DNA of 64,000 nucleotides, from sequence record MW384823.1; one strand, written 5' to 3'. Both the position numbers and the translations under genes were made by a program. Numbering within the stretch: the stretch's first letter is position 1; each line of letters opens with the position of its first letter. The notes under the pieces were generated by a model, which saw only the letters and a program-made list of their open reading frames with translations, made no database searches and was not told the origin of the DNA. Shown here piece by piece: positions 62,058 to 64,000 of the stretch.

Positions 62058-63485
62058 ATGCAATTCTATTCCGAAGCGGCGTTGCAGCTTATTTACCGCC
62101 AGGTGAACCGCGATAACCCAAACCTCCCTGCACCCATCAGTGACGACACCGTGGCCGTGAGCGGCAGTGTAAAGGCGGCAAGTACCGGTGCCGTTCGCAA
62201 CAGCACCATTGTCGTCGTAGGAAAGCCGGGCCGGGGCTATTACGGTAAGACCACGTTGCGCTTTGACCGTGTTCTGTTACCGAACCTGTTCTTCCCTACG
62301 CTGCGCCCAACGATTTACCTGCCCAAAACGATCACCACGTTGCAAGCGGCGTTGCCTTACATCAATGAGGCACTGGGGATCAGTTTGACGGTGGACGATC
62401 TTGCTACCCCGACAACGGTTATCAGTCCAACAGCAAACAAGACCGATGTTTCCGTGGGTATTTCTTCCACCTCCCCGGCGTTTATTGGCCCGTTGCATTT
62501 TAGCTATCAGTTGGAGCGTGGGGCGTATTACGACTGGTCTGGCCCAGGCCCGAAATACCTACTCTTAGGTGATGAGAACTTTGGTTATTTCGGTAAAGTC
62601 GACACCACGGAGATGTTTACTAACCTTGAGTTCTGGAATGCGACATTTGCAGGGAAAGGCACCGCAGCGTCACGACAAGTTTTTGTAGAGGGATGGTTTA
62701 AGTTCTTCTACAAAGGCAACGTGATTTTCATGCCGCAAGGGCCGGTTGCCAATAACGTCGGTTGGGATATGCTCTACAACCTCGGGTACATCTATGGGAT
62801 TGACGGTGTTGGTAAATACCCAACCTCAACACCGGTGAACCAATCGAAGCAACTGACGTTGAAGAAAGCAGGCGTGACATCATACTTCAAAGTCCGCACA
62901 CCGCGCGCTTCTCTTAACGATCCCGACGCGTACTTCAACGGACGGCCGGGTACAGGCAACTATGTGGGGACTGAGCTGGAGTTGATGTCTCGGATGTGGT
63001 CCGGTGGTGCGTGGGGTAACGAATCTGGTTCGCAGTGGGGCCAGTGGTGCATCATGCTGGACTCTATCAGTAGTGGCCCAACGACCGCCTTCCGTGTTTC
63101 GACCATGAATGCCGCGAACTGGACAGTGGGTACCAAGAGTGGTTCTGGGACGGGGTGGTATTGGTGGCCAGTCTTGGAATTGGTTGACCTCAACAACACC
63201 GTGGTGCCGCTCGAAACGGTAACAGGACGGCTTGAGAACAGCCTTATCACTTTACCTGCGATTGCTTCCGTTACAGAGACACTGTCACCTGTAGTGTTGG
63301 GCGTACCAAAGACCATCGAGTATGCACCGGTTGTGGCCAAAGCCACCGAACAATTCGAGCTGCATCCAATGGTGATGGGTACACCAAAAACCACCGACTT
63401 CAAACCGATTGCTGCCACCGCTGTTAATCGCGACATCCAGAAAACTGACCTCTCCAGCACCGACGGTGAACTGGGCGGGTTTTAA
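62058..63485 (+). CDS. Virion protein: paralog N-terminal module fused to a different C-terminal domain
   Basis: 475 aa. N-terminus shared with paralogs 1-7. C-terminal part (FGYFGKV, WFKFFYKG, WDMLYNLGYIYG) shared with the next gene. Confidence 0.7.
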   Translation: MQFYSEAALQLIYRQVNRDNPNLPAPISDDTVAVSGSVKAASTGAVRNSTIVVVGKPGRGYYGKTTLRFDRVLLPNLFFPTLRPTIYLPKTITTLQAALPYINEALGISLTVDDLATPTTVISPTANKTDVSVGISSTSPAFIGPLHFSYQLERGAYYDWSGPGPKYLLLGDENFGYFGKVDTTEMFTNLEFWNATFAGKGTAASRQVFVEGWFKFFYKGNVIFMPQGPVANNVGWDMLYNLGYIYGIDGVGKYPTSTPVNQSKQLTLKKAGVTSYFKVRTPRASLNDPDAYFNGRPGTGNYVGTELELMSRMWSGGAWGNESGSQWGQWCIMLDSISSGPTTAFRVSTMNAANWTVGTKSGSGTGWYWWPVLELVDLNNTVVPLETVTGRLENSLITLPAIASVTETLSPVVLGVPKTIEYAPVVAKATEQFELHPMVMGTPKTTDFKPIAATAVNRDIQKTDLSSTDGELGGF

Positions 63486-63497
63486 GAGGTACTACAC

Positions 63498-64000
63498 ATG
63501 GCCTTTATCTTACGTTGGACGAACCCTAACAAGCTCGCAACCACCGTGAACATCTACCGCGATACAAAAGCGTTGGTGTCGGGTGCGCTGCCCGCACCGA
63601 TTGCGACGCTCACGGGCGGAGAAACCCAGTGGCGGGATACCACGGCATTGAAGGGTGGAACTTACTATTACCTGCTGGCGGTCACCGCAAACGGAAAAAC
63701 CGTTTATGGTGCTCAGCAAAGTTACACCATTGAAGTGAAACGCGGGATTGGTCCGAACACCCTGCTTTGGGGAACGGATGAATACGGTTACTACGGACTG
63801 GTGCCGTACGCAGAACAGATGGATCAGTCGCAGTTCCCTGCTGCGTTCAATGCCATTAACACGACCGCGTTTACCGACCGTATTCCGATGATGAAGTATG
63901 CTTACCGCGGTAAGATTCTTTATCTCATCGACCGCACTCCACTTTATCCTGCGGACGTACCGTGGAATACGCTGTACACTGGCGGCCTAATCTATGGCGT
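63498..64000 (+). CDS. Virion protein with FN3/Ig-like N-terminus (3'-truncated), not in ORF track
   Basis: ATG 63498 with SD gaggt; MAFILRWTNPN...VNIYRD...WRDTTA..GGTYYYLLAV...YGYYGLV...WNTLYTGGLIYG; open to the window end. Confidence 0.75.
   Translation, partial: MAFILRWTNPNKLATTVNIYRDTKALVSGALPAPIATLTGGETQWRDTTALKGGTYYYLLAVTANGKTVYGAQQSYTIEVKRGIGPNTLLWGTDEYGYYGLVPYAEQMDQSQFPAAFNAINTTAFTDRIPMMKYAYRGKILYLIDRTPLYPADVPWNTLYTGGLIYG

Noticed and set aside
1-64000. tRNA, rRNA, CRISPR arrays, integrase/transposase, introns, inteins
   Set aside because: No cloverleaf with T-loop/CCA, no regularly spaced direct repeats, no recombinase motifs, no split core genes or intein ends seen by eye. tRNAscan/Infernal would be needed to exclude weak cases.

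Overview
This 64-kb window is from a lytic phiKZ-like jumbo phage (Chimalliviridae, SPN3US/phiEaH2-type gene order) of an enterobacterial host. An AmsF/WceF-like gene points to Erwinia or Pantoea. Coding density is very high and all but two credible genes are on the + strand. Core genes: tail/baseplate proteins (1-4500), DnaB-like helicase (minus), major capsid protein, a non-virion RNA polymerase beta fragment, portal (minus), virion proteins and RuvC. Accessory region (about 26-54 kb): thymidylate kinase, Dam, several GNATs, a SLOG protein, a 2OG-Fe(II) oxygenase, a QueC-like PP-loop protein and a DUF488-like protein. The window ends with an AmsF-like tailspike and a tandem array of virion paralogs. 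Eight copies of an early-promoter motif (AGATAKATATTAYCTAGGKGA) and about 19 intrinsic terminators, mostly with TTCG loops, divide it into modules. The most striking observation is an apparent phage-encoded proteolysis module at 40.7-47.0 kb. It has an N-terminal-Thr HslV/proteasome-beta-like peptidase and an HslU-like AAA+ ATPase with a swapped I-domain and no HslV-activating tail. The ATPase is followed in one tightly coupled operon by two prohead-protease-fold paralogs lacking the catalytic His and Ser, and two small membrane proteins. A second candidate system is a Dam gene embedded among three tandem-GNAT genes. All family assignments come from motif recognition by eye and recalled family knowledge; no database searches were run.
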